NCBI GenBank assembly: GCA_027347685.1 | Contig: DAIEQM010000044.1 | Span: 1-61,104, forward strand | From: Candidatus Woesebacteria bacterium | GTDB taxonomy: Bacteria > Patescibacteriota > Microgenomatia > UBA8517 | Direction: 5' to 3' | Length of the DNA stretch: 61,104 bases | In this document: positions 1-9,459 of the stretch, piece by piece | Position numbering within the stretch: position 1 is the first letter of the stretch | Layout: the number at the start of each line of letters is the position of its first letter | The notes under the pieces: generated by a model | Told to the model about the DNA's origin: nothing | The model's input: only the letters and a program-made list of their open reading frames with translations | Database searches by the model: none | Position numbers and translations under genes: made by a program

Positions 1-375
1 AAAGCCCTTTCAACGGTGACGAGTAAAATAAAGGATGAACAACTTGGTATTGATATCGTGTACGATTCACTGGAAGAGCCGTTAAGGTGGCTCGTTCGAA
101 ATGCAGGTGAAGATGATGGGTATGTATTAAAGAAAATAGAAGAAAACAAAGATCAAGATTTTGGATATAACGTATTGACCGGAGAATTTGGCTCAATGCT
201 TAAATTTGGACTTCTTGATCCACTCAAAGTAACCCGAAGTGGGCTTCAAAATGCATCAAGTATCGCCATGATGGTGCTCACAACTGAAGCTTTGATTTCT
301 GAAATCCCAGAACCAAAATCAACTGCTCCTGCAATGGGCGGTGGAATGCCGGGAATGGGCGGAATGGATTATTAA
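1..375 (+). CDS. groL: Chaperonin GroEL, C-terminal fragment (gene begins upstream of window)
   Basis: Open from base 1 in frame 1. Contains LDPLKVTRSGLQNASSIAMMVLTTEALI and ends in the Gly/Met-rich tail GGGMPGMGGMDY typical of GroEL. Confidence 0.9.
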   Translation, partial: KALSTVTSKIKDEQLGIDIVYDSLEEPLRWLVRNAGEDDGYVLKKIEENKDQDFGYNVLTGEFGSMLKFGLLDPLKVTRSGLQNASSIAMMVLTTEALISEIPEPKSTAPAMGGGMPGMGGMDY

Positions 376-403
376 CTTCTTGTAATCGCTCATAAGTAAT
401 AGG

Positions 404-409
404 TACAAT
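404..409 (+). promoter_or_regulatory. -10 box TACAAT, 5 nt upstream of ATG 415 (leaderless-type promoter)
   Basis: ggTACAATgagttATG. Possible -35 TTGTAA at 380-385 (18-nt spacer). Confidence 0.4.
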
Positions 410-414
410 GAGTT

Positions 415-1152
415 ATGCCCGCAAAACGTCGCCGACCAGTGGTCGAAGAAGTTATTGAAACTCCTGTAGCACCTGAGCCCAAGGCTCATACTTCTGTCTC
501 GAGTACTGTTGTAGAACATGAAGCTCGCAAGAAAGTTCGTGTGCAAGAAGAGGTACCAGTTGAGACCCAAATTGAGGTGGCGACGTACGACGAACCCCCA
601 CTCCTCGAGCACGTTCAGACTCCTCTGCATGCGGAAGCTGCCGCACGAGAACTTTTGTCGAGAGACACACCTCCTTCTCGAGGTCCCAATATGAAACTTA
701 TCTTTTTAGTAACCATTATCACAGCACTTGTCGTCGGTTTTATCGCAGGGGGAGTATATGTGTATGTCAGTGGAGTTTCCAATAATACGGTTTCAGAGAG
801 TACCCCAACCCCTTCTCCAGTACTTACTGAAACGACTCCAACGGCGAAACCATCACCCACGCCAACAGTGGTGCCTGATTCTTACAAGGTAAGCGTTTTA
901 AATGGAAGTGGAGTAATTGGAGCTGCCGGCAAAGTAAAATCATCCCTGGAATCAAGTGGCTTCAAAGTGACTGGCACCGGAAACGCGGTGAATTATAACT
1001 TTAAGAATACCGTTGTCCAAGTGAAAGCTTCTGTTCCGGCTGGTGCAGTGGACCTTATTAAAAAAGCACTCAAAGACTATGTTGTTGAAGATGGTGACCC
1101 GCTTCCTGCCTCAAGCACTTTTGATATTGTGGTAACCGCAGGAAAAGAATAG
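415..1152 (+). CDS. Membrane-anchored LytR_C-domain protein
   Basis: Charged N-terminus, one TM helix (LIFLVTIITALVVGFIAGGVYVYV) and a Thr/Pro linker. The C-terminal block VSVLNGSGVIGAAGKVKSSLESSGFKV...NTVVQVK resembles the LytR C-terminal domain. Confidence 0.6.
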   Translation: MPAKRRRPVVEEVIETPVAPEPKAHTSVSSTVVEHEARKKVRVQEEVPVETQIEVATYDEPPLLEHVQTPLHAEAAARELLSRDTPPSRGPNMKLIFLVTIITALVVGFIAGGVYVYVSGVSNNTVSESTPTPSPVLTETTPTAKPSPTPTVVPDSYKVSVLNGSGVIGAAGKVKSSLESSGFKVTGTGNAVNYNFKNTVVQVKASVPAGAVDLIKKALKDYVVEDGDPLPASSTFDIVVTAGKE

Positions 1153-1848
1153 TTATTTAAAAGGGGGAAGCACGCGGAGCGGATTAACGGTACTTCCGTT
1201 TTCTCTCACTTCAAGATGTAAGTGGGGGCCTGTGCTGTGGCCAGTTGTACCGATTAATCCCAATACGGTATCTAAGTTCACTGATTGTCCTTCTTTCACG
1301 AGAATTTTGCTCATGTGAGCGTACACAGTTTCAATTCCGCCTCCATGGTCGACCATAACCACGTTTCCGTAGCCTACTCGAGAAAAACCAGCCTCAACGA
1401 CAGTTCCCACCATTATTGGCTTGATAGGGTCTCCAATCGTTCCTTTTAAATCAACTCCAGGGTGATAACTAAAATATCCTTGATTTATGTGCATTGTGGT
1501 GAGCGGTTCTTGAATTCCGTGCTCAGTATTTAAGACTATTGGGGTGGTAGCCATATTAATAGTCACATTTCCATTTATAAAGTTACTTGCTGAGGCTGGA
1601 ATGACACCATGGAGCATGGTTCCTGCAATTGCTGCCACAGCCAAATTGCGACTTAACACCTTGTGAATGTTTTCGTGCTCAAACATGTGTCTAAAGAAAC
1701 GAGAAAGCTTGTTTCCATTTCTCCAGCTTTTGATATCTTTGAGGCGGGGAATAAAGTTTTTTTGTTCCACGAGAAGAAGCTCGCGCCGTTTGACCATATT
1801 AAGGTCGATTCGGTACCTCAGGGGCAGATTGAGGGAAAGTTTACTCAT
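1153..1848 (-). CDS. M23/LytM-family peptidoglycan metallopeptidase
   Basis: HPGVDLKG...GYGNVVMVDHGGGIETVYAHMSKILVKEGQSV...GTTGHSTGPHLHLEVRENG gives the HxxxD and HxH motifs. N-terminal membrane anchor. Confidence 0.85.
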   Translation of the reverse strand: MSKLSLNLPLRYRIDLNMVKRRELLLVEQKNFIPRLKDIKSWRNGNKLSRFFRHMFEHENIHKVLSRNLAVAAIAGTMLHGVIPASASNFINGNVTINMATTPIVLNTEHGIQEPLTTMHINQGYFSYHPGVDLKGTIGDPIKPIMVGTVVEAGFSRVGYGNVVMVDHGGGIETVYAHMSKILVKEGQSVNLDTVLGLIGTTGHSTGPHLHLEVRENGSTVNPLRVLPPFK

Positions 1849-1987
1849 ATTTTGCCCTCGTTAAGAGGACTAAGAACATGGGTTCCTACGCACAATTTCG
1901 GTGAAAAAAAACACTCACCAAATGTGAGCAGTGCAAGAAGTATATGTGAAAGAGGTAAGAAAGTCAAGTTTCCTGTACTATACAAGG

Positions 1988-3520
1988 ATGAGAAGACATG
2001 TATTGTTTTTGGGAGGAATTCTCGTTGTTTCGTTGTTTTGTTTAAAAGCACTCTTTCCCTCTGGACTCTTTACTGCTCATGATATTTGGCACCAAGTTGC
2101 ACGACTGTATTGGTATAACGAATCTGTTTTACAAGGCGTTTTCCCTCCCCATTGGATTGCCCCAATGGCAAACGGATTTGGGTACCCGTTATTTGTATTT
2201 AGTTACCATTTTCCATGGATGGTGGGGCTTCCATTTTTATTTCTCGGAGTTTCAATTGAGTCGACAATAAAAATTTTGTTTTTTATTTCCTTTCTTTTTT
2301 CGGGATGGGGGATGTACTGGTGTTCATATCTCTTTACAAAGAGCAGATTCGCCTCTGTAACTTCAGCAATTTTGTATGTAGTTGCGCCATGGCGATTTGT
2401 AACAATATTTGTATCAGCTGCCATGGGGAGAGCGTTTGTCTTTATGGTATTGCCCGTTATTGTGGTGAGTTTGTATTATCTTTCCAAGAATAAAAAAGTC
2501 TTGTTGCCACTAGTTTTGTTCAGTCTGACAATGTCTGCCCTTATCTTGTCACACCTTATTTCTATTATTACTTCTGTTGTCGTTGTTATACCATTTGCAT
2601 GGTATCTAAAGACATCACTCAAAAAGTTGATTGTATCTGGTGGCATTACGGTGGGGCTCACCTGGTGGTATTTGTACCCGGTATTTGTTTTGAGTAAATC
2701 TATTCAGGCTTCTACAGGGCAGTTTAAAACGCTCTACTTAAGCCAGTTTGTAAATTTTAAACAGCTTCTGTATTCACCATGGGGATATGGCATTGTTGAA
2801 CAGAGCGCTAAAGAAGGACCCTTTTCGTATCAACTCGGAATTGCTCAATGGATTGTTATGATCGCTTCATTTTTGTTCATCATAAAAATATTTCGCCTAA
2901 AAGCGAAAGATAGAAATCTTATTTTGTTTCTCTTCCTTGCATTTGTCCTGAGTATTTTTTTGATGCTTGATGGTTCGATACCGATTTGGAAGTTGGCTTC
3001 TCGTTTTGCGAGCTTTGACTATCCAACAATGTTTCTTATGCCTGCACTTTTTATTTCATCTTTTCTTGCAGCGGTTTTGCTTGTTGAATGTAAGAAGGCT
3101 CGATTTGTGGTGGGATTTTTTCTCGTTTTGGTAGCTTTTATAAATAACAGAAACTACATGAGAGTAAACCAATACCTGCATCCGAATGTTGAAGATGTTG
3201 TTGCCGCTGAAATAACTACCAATACATTTAATGAATATTTACCTCTAACCGCTGATACACAGGGTATGATAAAAAACACCACCCCCGACATTGATGGAGA
3301 AGGACTTCTTCAGCTACATGTTGCGAGAACTTCCACTCAACTTGTGGCAAGTTTTGAGAAAAGGGTAACAGGAGAGGTGACATTAAAAGTATTTGGTTTT
3401 TCAGGATTAAAAGTGCTTCTCGATGGTACGATATACCATTACAAAATAAATAACGCAGGGCTCGTTACTGTAGTTGTTGAGCCTGGGTATCACAAAATAA
3501 TAGTTTTTTACGAACAATAA
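1988..3520 (+). CDS. Polytopic membrane protein, GT-C-like (YfhO/PTPS-related type)
   Basis: At least 10 hydrophobic segments. First loop is FTAHDIWHQVARLYW...PPHWIAPMANGFGYPLFVFSYHFPW. Start set at ATG 1988 because TACTAT (1976-1981) lies 6 nt upstream; the ORF-track start 1931 remains possible. Confidence 0.5.
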   Translation: MRRHVLFLGGILVVSLFCLKALFPSGLFTAHDIWHQVARLYWYNESVLQGVFPPHWIAPMANGFGYPLFVFSYHFPWMVGLPFLFLGVSIESTIKILFFISFLFSGWGMYWCSYLFTKSRFASVTSAILYVVAPWRFVTIFVSAAMGRAFVFMVLPVIVVSLYYLSKNKKVLLPLVLFSLTMSALILSHLISIITSVVVVIPFAWYLKTSLKKLIVSGGITVGLTWWYLYPVFVLSKSIQASTGQFKTLYLSQFVNFKQLLYSPWGYGIVEQSAKEGPFSYQLGIAQWIVMIASFLFIIKIFRLKAKDRNLILFLFLAFVLSIFLMLDGSIPIWKLASRFASFDYPTMFLMPALFISSFLAAVLLVECKKARFVVGFFLVLVAFINNRNYMRVNQYLHPNVEDVVAAEITTNTFNEYLPLTADTQGMIKNTTPDIDGEGLLQLHVARTSTQLVASFEKRVTGEVTLKVFGFSGLKVLLDGTIYHYKINNAGLVTVVVEPGYHKIIVFYEQ

Positions 3521-3541
3521 AAAGTGATACTCTAAAATAGA

Positions 3542-5068
3542 ATGCTTACGACAATTCTTTCAGCAGCCCACTCAGGACTGGAGACTATTGCGATTGAAGT
3601 CGAAGTAAATGTATTCACCAAAGGTTTCCCAGGGATTACGATAATTGGCCTCCCAAACAAAGCAATTGAAGAAGCGAAAGAACGAGTAAAAACTGCCATA
3701 ACAAATTCAGGTTTTGAGTTTCCTCAAAGTAAAATTATCATAAATTTGGCACCTGCAGATATTCCAAAAGAGGGGAGCTGCTATGATCTTCCAATAGCTG
3801 TTGGCATTCTTCATGCAATGGGAGTTGTACAGCTTCCAAAGGAAAAGTCATTTTTTTATGGAGAACTGTCACTGGACGGAAGTTTGAGACATACCAAAGG
3901 AGTACTTCTTCTTGCTCTTTCTGCGAAACAACATTCTGTAAAAGAGTTGTATGTTCCACTCCCCAGTTCACAAGAGGGGGCAGTTGTGTCGAATGTCTCT
4001 GTCTTTCCCGTCGCGAGTTTGCATGAATTGGTCCTTCACTTAAATGGGTCTAAAAAAATAGCAAAAGCGCTGATTAAGCCCGGAAACACTGAATCTGAAA
4101 GATTAGTCGCAGAGTTTGATTTTAATGAAATTATTGGACAAAATCATGCCAAGCGCGCACTGACTATCGCTGCTGCTGGTGGGCACAATTTATTTATGCA
4201 GGGCCCTCCTGGATCGGGAAAGACAATGCTCGCTCGGGCTGTGGCAGGTATCCTTCCTCCACTATCGCCTGAAGAAAGCTTAGAGGTAACCAAAATCTAC
4301 TCGGTAACTGGAAATATTCCTCCTGGTGGCTCGCTTATTTGGGCGCGGCCATTTCGAATTTCTCACCACACAACAAGCAGAATAGGTCTTATTGGCGGAG
4401 GAAGTAAACCTCATCCTGGCGAGATTTCTCTCGCACATTGCGGAGTGTTGTTTCTCGATGAATTCCCTGAGTTTGCAAGGAGTACTCTTGAATCACTTCG
4501 TCAACCAATGGAAGATGGTGAAGTTACAGTAACCCGTGCTGCGGGCACGCTGAAATTCCCGGCAGACTTTATGTTAATTGCGGCGGCAAATCCGTGCCCC
4601 TGTGGGTATTTGGGTGATCCGAAAAGGGAATGCACCTGTTCTCCACGAATGATTATGAAATACCAAAGCAAACTATCAGGTCCCCTCATGGACCGAATAG
4701 ACTTGCATGTATCGGTGCCAGTCGTTGAAGCGGATAAACTTATAGAGCATAAAGATGTTGAGACTGTAAGTAGTGCAAAAATACGCGAAAGAATTATAAA
4801 AGCCCGAGAAGTTCAGTATAAAAGATTATCAAAGTCCGGCATTTATATGAATGGTTCGATGAAAAACAAGCACATCTCCGATTTTGTTCAGTTAACAACA
4901 AAGGCTTCTCAGCTCTTAAAGCAAGCTGTAAATGCTTATAATCTTTCAACACGCACGTATTTCCGACTGATTAAAGTTTCTCAAACCATTGCAGACTTGG
5001 AGGCAGCCGACGCAGTCACAGAAACTCATGTGGCTGAAGCGCTCCAGTATCGTGTGCGTGTGGAATAA
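3542..5068 (+). CDS. comM: Mg-chelatase-like AAA+ ATPase ComM/YifB
   Basis: Walker A GPPGSGKT, Walker B VLFLDEF, Cys cluster CPCGYLGDPKRECTC and a C-terminal helical domain. TGaTACTCT lies 8 nt upstream of the ATG. Confidence 0.9.
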   Translation: MLTTILSAAHSGLETIAIEVEVNVFTKGFPGITIIGLPNKAIEEAKERVKTAITNSGFEFPQSKIIINLAPADIPKEGSCYDLPIAVGILHAMGVVQLPKEKSFFYGELSLDGSLRHTKGVLLLALSAKQHSVKELYVPLPSSQEGAVVSNVSVFPVASLHELVLHLNGSKKIAKALIKPGNTESERLVAEFDFNEIIGQNHAKRALTIAAAGGHNLFMQGPPGSGKTMLARAVAGILPPLSPEESLEVTKIYSVTGNIPPGGSLIWARPFRISHHTTSRIGLIGGGSKPHPGEISLAHCGVLFLDEFPEFARSTLESLRQPMEDGEVTVTRAAGTLKFPADFMLIAAANPCPCGYLGDPKRECTCSPRMIMKYQSKLSGPLMDRIDLHVSVPVVEADKLIEHKDVETVSSAKIRERIIKAREVQYKRLSKSGIYMNGSMKNKHISDFVQLTTKASQLLKQAVNAYNLSTRTYFRLIKVSQTIADLEAADAVTETHVAEALQYRVRVE

Positions 5069-5073
5069 CGATC

Positions 5074-5439
5074 ATGAAGCAACAAAATTTTTCAAAAGGT
5101 CGTACTGGAGAAATGATTGCGGCGCAATACTTAAAAAGACACGGCTTTGAGGTCATTGAGCAAAACTGGCATACAAAGTTTGGTGAGATCGATATTGTTG
5201 CGAAACAGAACAAAACACTCGTCTTTGTTGAAGTAAAGCTCAAATTTGGTGACAAATTTGGTTCACCTGAAGAAATGATAACTAATGTAAAAATAAAGCA
5301 AGTTCTTATGAATGCGGAAGTATATTTGTTGACGCACCCAGAATTTGAGAATTACAAAAGGCGTATCGATGGCATCTGTATTGTTATGGAAGGGGAAACA
5401 GTTTCTCGCCTTACTCATTATGAAAACTTGTCAGCATGA
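5074..5439 (+). CDS. yraN: YraN-family (UPF0102) endonuclease-like protein
   Basis: GRTGEMIAAQYL...FGEIDIVA...LVFVEVK signature. Confidence 0.8.
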   Translation: MKQQNFSKGRTGEMIAAQYLKRHGFEVIEQNWHTKFGEIDIVAKQNKTLVFVEVKLKFGDKFGSPEEMITNVKIKQVLMNAEVYLLTHPEFENYKRRIDGICIVMEGETVSRLTHYENLSA

Positions 5440-6332
5440 AGAAAAATATTTTTGATATTCCCATCGAAGTAATTAAAAAGGGCACCAAAAAGTATCCTCA
5501 AGAGCTTCTCGATTTAACCGATCCTCCTCTCGAGCTTCGTGTTCGAGGAGCATTTGATGCTTCAATTTTTTCAAATGCTCTTGCTGTTGTCGGGAGCCGA
5601 AAGATGACTCGTTATGGTAAAGATCTTGTAGAAACGTTTGTAACTGCCTTGTCCTCTCGGAATCTTGTGGTTATTTCTGGGTTTATGTACGGCGTTGATA
5701 CTACCGCGCACCGTGCCGCAATAGAGGCTGGAGGAGTTACTATTGCAGTTCTTGCGCATGGACTCAACTATATATATCCGTCTGAAAATAAAGATCTCTA
5801 CCAACTAATTTTAGATAGTGGTGGGTGCCTTATTTCTGAATATCCAGACAGTTTTAAACCACAGTTGTGGACATATCCAAAAAGAAACCGGATTGTAGCC
5901 GCACTTGCGAAAAAAGGCACTTTGATCATTGAAGCGGCAGAGCAAAGTGGCAGTCTTATTACGGCATCATACGCAGATGCATTGAACAGGCCGCTTTTTG
6001 CGGTCCCTGGATCTGTTTTCTCCAAAACCTCAGAAGGCACAAATAGGCTTATAAAAGACGCTATTGCTCAAATGGTTTTGAGTATTGAGGATATTGTTCC
6101 GAGTTTTAATTCAGGCAGTGACATTGCACCGACTCTTTTTGAAGATATCAACAAGGATGAAAAAGCTTTATTAGCAGCACTCTCCTATGAAGAGATGAAT
6201 ATTGATGAGATTTCAATGAAAGTATCTAAAACGGTTACCGAAATTGGATCTCACCTTACCATGCTTTCTCTTCGAGGGATGGTAGAGGAGACAAACGGAG
6301 TATATCGAATAAGAACAGTAAAAAAGAAGTGA
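5436..6332 (+). CDS. dprA: DNA-processing protein DprA/Smf
   Basis: AVVGSRKMTRYGK...SGFMYGVDTTAHRAAIEAGGVTIAVLAHGLNYIYPSEN. ATGA overlap with the yraN stop. Confidence 0.9.
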   Translation: MKKNIFDIPIEVIKKGTKKYPQELLDLTDPPLELRVRGAFDASIFSNALAVVGSRKMTRYGKDLVETFVTALSSRNLVVISGFMYGVDTTAHRAAIEAGGVTIAVLAHGLNYIYPSENKDLYQLILDSGGCLISEYPDSFKPQLWTYPKRNRIVAALAKKGTLIIEAAEQSGSLITASYADALNRPLFAVPGSVFSKTSEGTNRLIKDAIAQMVLSIEDIVPSFNSGSDIAPTLFEDINKDEKALLAALSYEEMNIDEISMKVSKTVTEIGSHLTMLSLRGMVEETNGVYRIRTVKKK

Positions 6333-6334
6333 CG

Positions 6335-6583
6335 TTAGTCTTGAGGAAGGTCTAAGTGAGGAGCATGCATTTTTACATTTTTGCTCCCACAAATTCTGCA
6401 TTCAAGCGGGTTGGCATCGGTCTCACATTGTTTGCAAATAAAGAGACCATCTACTTCTTTCACCTGATCGTGTGAGCACACATTACAAAGAAAGACGACA
6501 TCATCTTGTGAAATCTCTCCATCTGTTGGACAGATAAATTTGATTTTACTTTCCTTTTTCTCCTCGACGTTTGTATCAGACAT
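6335..6583 (-). CDS. Small acidic double zinc-ribbon protein (hypothetical)
   Basis: 82 aa with spaced Cys pairs: CPTDG...CNVCS...CKQCE...CRICG. Convergent with dprA. Confidence 0.5.
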   Translation of the reverse strand: MSDTNVEEKKESKIKFICPTDGEISQDDVVFLCNVCSHDQVKEVDGLFICKQCETDANPLECRICGSKNVKMHAPHLDLPQD

Positions 6584-6614
6584 GAAAGTATTGTAGCATA
6601 ATGGTGCCTACAAG

Positions 6615-7493
6615 ATGAAGAGTGTAACGAAAGCAATTATTCCTGTCGCCGGATTTGGCACACGCTTTTTGCCTCAAACAAAAGCAATGCCCAAAGAGAT
6701 GCTGCCTATTGTTGATAAACCAACAGTTCAGCTTATTGTTGAGCAATTTGTGAAAGCAGGAATCCGTGACGTTGTACTCGTCACAGGCTGGCATAAACGG
6801 GCCATTGAGGATCATTTTGACACTCATCCAGAACTTGAAGCACTTCTCCGGGAGACGGGAAAAGACAAACTTTTGTCTGAAATTCAATCAATTACCAATC
6901 TTGCGAACTTTATCTTTGTGAGACAAAAAGGGCCGAGAGGAAATGCAACTCCTATTAGCAATGCCCTTTCTGTAATTGGGGACAATGAGCCGTATTTAGT
7001 TTCATGGGGGGACGACATTCTCATATCTGACCCTCCAATGGCACAGCAGCTCATTGAAACATACCAAAAATATAATGGAATTGTTTTGGGGAGTATGAAA
7101 ATGGTGAGTCCTGAGGATGGGAAGAAGTATGGATTTGCCGTTGGGCCAGAAGTGGAAGAAGGAGTTATTGAAGTCACCGAAATTGTTGAAAAACCAGGGG
7201 AAGGAAAAGCTCCTTCAACATATGCAACGCTTGCAGGCTTTTTGTTTACTCCTGAAATAAATCCATATTTACGGCAGGTTGTGCAAGACATCAAAGGAAG
7301 GGAGCCAAACTATATTGACGCGCTGTCTCGACTTATTCACGATAAAAAGAAAAAAGTATATGCGAAGCAATTTTCGAATGCACAGTATTTTGACACGGGG
7401 AGTAAGCTTGGATATTTAAAGGCCGTTGTGGAATTTGGAGCACAACACCCAGAAGTAGGCGAAGAATTTACAAAATACCTCAAAAATCGCTAG
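6615..7493 (+). CDS. galU: UTP-glucose-1-phosphate uridylyltransferase
   Basis: KAIIPVAGFGTRFLPQTKAMPKEMLPIVDKP nucleotidyltransferase signature. The length is consistent with a complete GalU. Confidence 0.9.
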   Translation: MKSVTKAIIPVAGFGTRFLPQTKAMPKEMLPIVDKPTVQLIVEQFVKAGIRDVVLVTGWHKRAIEDHFDTHPELEALLRETGKDKLLSEIQSITNLANFIFVRQKGPRGNATPISNALSVIGDNEPYLVSWGDDILISDPPMAQQLIETYQKYNGIVLGSMKMVSPEDGKKYGFAVGPEVEEGVIEVTEIVEKPGEGKAPSTYATLAGFLFTPEINPYLRQVVQDIKGREPNYIDALSRLIHDKKKKVYAKQFSNAQYFDTGSKLGYLKAVVEFGAQHPEVGEEFTKYLKNR

Positions 7494-7500
7494 GATTCGG

Positions 7501-7572
7501 AGGCCAGAGCGGGAATCGAACCCGCGCATGTCGGTTTTGCAGACCGAAGCGTTACCACTTCGCCATCTGGCC
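7501..7572 (-). tRNA. tRNA-Cys (anticodon GCA)
   Basis: The reverse complement folds as a cloverleaf. Acceptor GGCCAGA/TCTGGCC, anticodon stem TCGGT/ACCGA with loop CTGCAAA, T-arm GCGGG-TTCGATT-CCCGC, discriminator T. CCA is not fully encoded (TCCG follows). Confidence 0.9.
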
Positions 7573-7605
7573 AAATATTCAGAGTTGTGTGCTATTGTAC
7601 CTAAA

Positions 7606-8361
7606 TTAGCGTCCCTTTACCAAGTGGGGAGCGCCGAATATGTTTATTGGGTCGTACCATGAGAGCCGTTTGCCTTGAATAATCCTGGTGACCGCGAGGA
7701 GACCTCCCATAACCAAGAGTCCAATATCTATTCCCATAAAGAAGTATGTGAAGCTGTTCACCCCACTGTTGAGAAAGATAAATACCCCCAATGCAATACT
7801 GCTTACGATGAGTGAAATCAAGAGAATCCCATTCGCATAGTTATCGATGGCGACAACAACACCCGTTACCACGCCATAAATAAAGAGTATCGGCCACAAG
7901 GCGATCGTGGTGTGTGTATTAAGTGCCGCTGCAATGAACCCCAAGTTTGCAAACGTACCCAAATATGAGGTGTAAATGATCGTGTGGCTGAGAGGTCCAT
8001 GGAGAAACCGAATAACTAAATATTTACGAGTAACAAATGTTTCAAAAAGAATTGACGTAATGTAAATTCCACTTCCGTAGAGAGCTGCGGCGAGAAACAA
8101 TACCTGAATAGACACTACAAAGATGGCTCTTTGTGTAAGCAACTGGCTTCCGTTCAATAGTGATTGCAAAATTATGACTTGGATCGCAGTTGCGGTGAAC
8201 ATCATGCAAAAATGCATTCCTGCAACACGAAAAATAGTCTTTTTAGAGTATTCATGTGGCTTATTAGATCGAGTCATCTTGCTTCTCAAATACAGATAGA
8301 AAGGGGAGAGCCCGATGCCAAGTGTGGCGAAAACTAAGAGAAATGCTTCTGCAATAATCAT
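7606..8361 (-). CDS. Polytopic membrane protein (hypothetical)
   Basis: 251 aa with about 7 hydrophobic helices and no recognisable motif. CATAAT lies 6 nt upstream of ATG 8361. Confidence 0.5.
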   Translation of the reverse strand: MIIAEAFLLVFATLGIGLSPFYLYLRSKMTRSNKPHEYSKKTIFRVAGMHFCMMFTATAIQVIILQSLLNGSQLLTQRAIFVVSIQVLFLAAALYGSGIYITSILFETFVTRKYLVIRFLHGPLSHTIIYTSYLGTFANLGFIAAALNTHTTIALWPILFIYGVVTGVVVAIDNYANGILLISLIVSSIALGVFIFLNSGVNSFTYFFMGIDIGLLVMGGLLAVTRIIQGKRLSWYDPINIFGAPHLVKGR

Positions 8362-8560
8362 TTCCTCATTATGAAATAAAATATCTTAAAAAAGAACACC
8401 AATATTTTTTATTTTAGTAACAGGAGGAGGGGGATGATGGGGTATGATATAGTTGCGTGAAAATCGTAGTGTGAAAAATAGCACTATAGTATTTTGTGTG
8501 ATAACGAGCATACTGCCTTCTGTCTAAAGCAAACAACGATACCGAATCCATTAACCAAGT

Positions 8561-8569
8561 TGATACAAT
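8561..8569 (+). promoter_or_regulatory. Extended -10 TGaTACAAT, 7 nt upstream of ATG 8577 (leaderless-type)
   Basis: TGaTACAATgtaacgtATG. Confidence 0.45.
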
Positions 8570-8576
8570 GTAACGT

Positions 8577-9416
8577 ATGAATAAAAAGCGCAAAACCATC
8601 CTCTTCTCTTTGGGAGGAGCAGCCATTTTGTTTGCGGTAATACTCGTGTTTATTATAGGTATTTCTCAAACAAAAGCCGAACTTCGGGTAGAGTCAAACG
8701 TTGAGTCAGACGTGTATGTTAATGGTGAACACATAGGGGTAACGCCGCTTACACACGAAACACTTGCCACAAAAACGTTATTAAAAGTAGTTCCTCATGA
8801 GAAAAATAGCGACTACCTCCCCTATGAGACAGCCCTCTCCCTCACTCCCCAGACTAAAACTATTGTGCGACACAACTTTAGTAGTGCGTTTTCTGGTACA
8901 ACCACCCAAATTATGTCATTGAAAAATGAAAGCAAAAACAGCTCTCCAATAACAATTGTTACAAACCCTGAATCTGCATATGTTTTTGTTAACAATGAAT
9001 ATATGGGCACTTCTCCACTCCGCATTGAGAAGCCACCTTCCACCTATTCTGTCCAAGTTATGCATACGGGCTTTCAAGCTATGCAAGTGACCCTTAAAAG
9101 TGTTCTCGGATACAACCTTACCGCGTTTTTAGACCTTGCCGCACAACCTGATGTCGACCGTAATACAAATCAATCGGCCTCTCGGGCACAACAGGGAACG
9201 TCTATTGTAACTATTTTGAAAACGCCAACAGGGTACGTTCGGGTGCACGAAAGTCCTCAGGAGTCAGCTCAGGAAATTTCTCGCGCGATAATTGGACGAG
9301 AATATCAGTTTGAAGCGTATTCTCCGCTTAAAGATTGGATTGAAATAAATCTAAATGCTTCAGAGTCCGGATGGATTTTGACCAAGTACGCAACAGTGAG
9401 TGCGTCAACGCGTTAA
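8577..9416 (+). CDS. PEGA-repeat / SH3b-like envelope protein
   Basis: Signal anchor. Two PEGA-like repeats (VESDVYVNGEHIGVTPL; PESAYVFVNNEYMGTSPL). C-terminal SH3b-like segment (GYVRVHESP...DWIEINL...SGWILTKY). Confidence 0.65.
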   Translation: MNKKRKTILFSLGGAAILFAVILVFIIGISQTKAELRVESNVESDVYVNGEHIGVTPLTHETLATKTLLKVVPHEKNSDYLPYETALSLTPQTKTIVRHNFSSAFSGTTTQIMSLKNESKNSSPITIVTNPESAYVFVNNEYMGTSPLRIEKPPSTYSVQVMHTGFQAMQVTLKSVLGYNLTAFLDLAAQPDVDRNTNQSASRAQQGTSIVTILKTPTGYVRVHESPQESAQEISRAIIGREYQFEAYSPLKDWIEINLNASESGWILTKYATVSASTR

Positions 9417-9459
9417 GATGTCAGAATGCGGCTACATCGCCACTCCGCCGTAAAGCGGC

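Noticed and set aside
8421-8450. An SD-like AGGAGG followed by an 8-codon ORF (MMGYDIVA) in the 7606/8577 intergenic region.
   Set aside because: It is too short, has no terminator or conservation evidence, and lies within a divergent promoter region.
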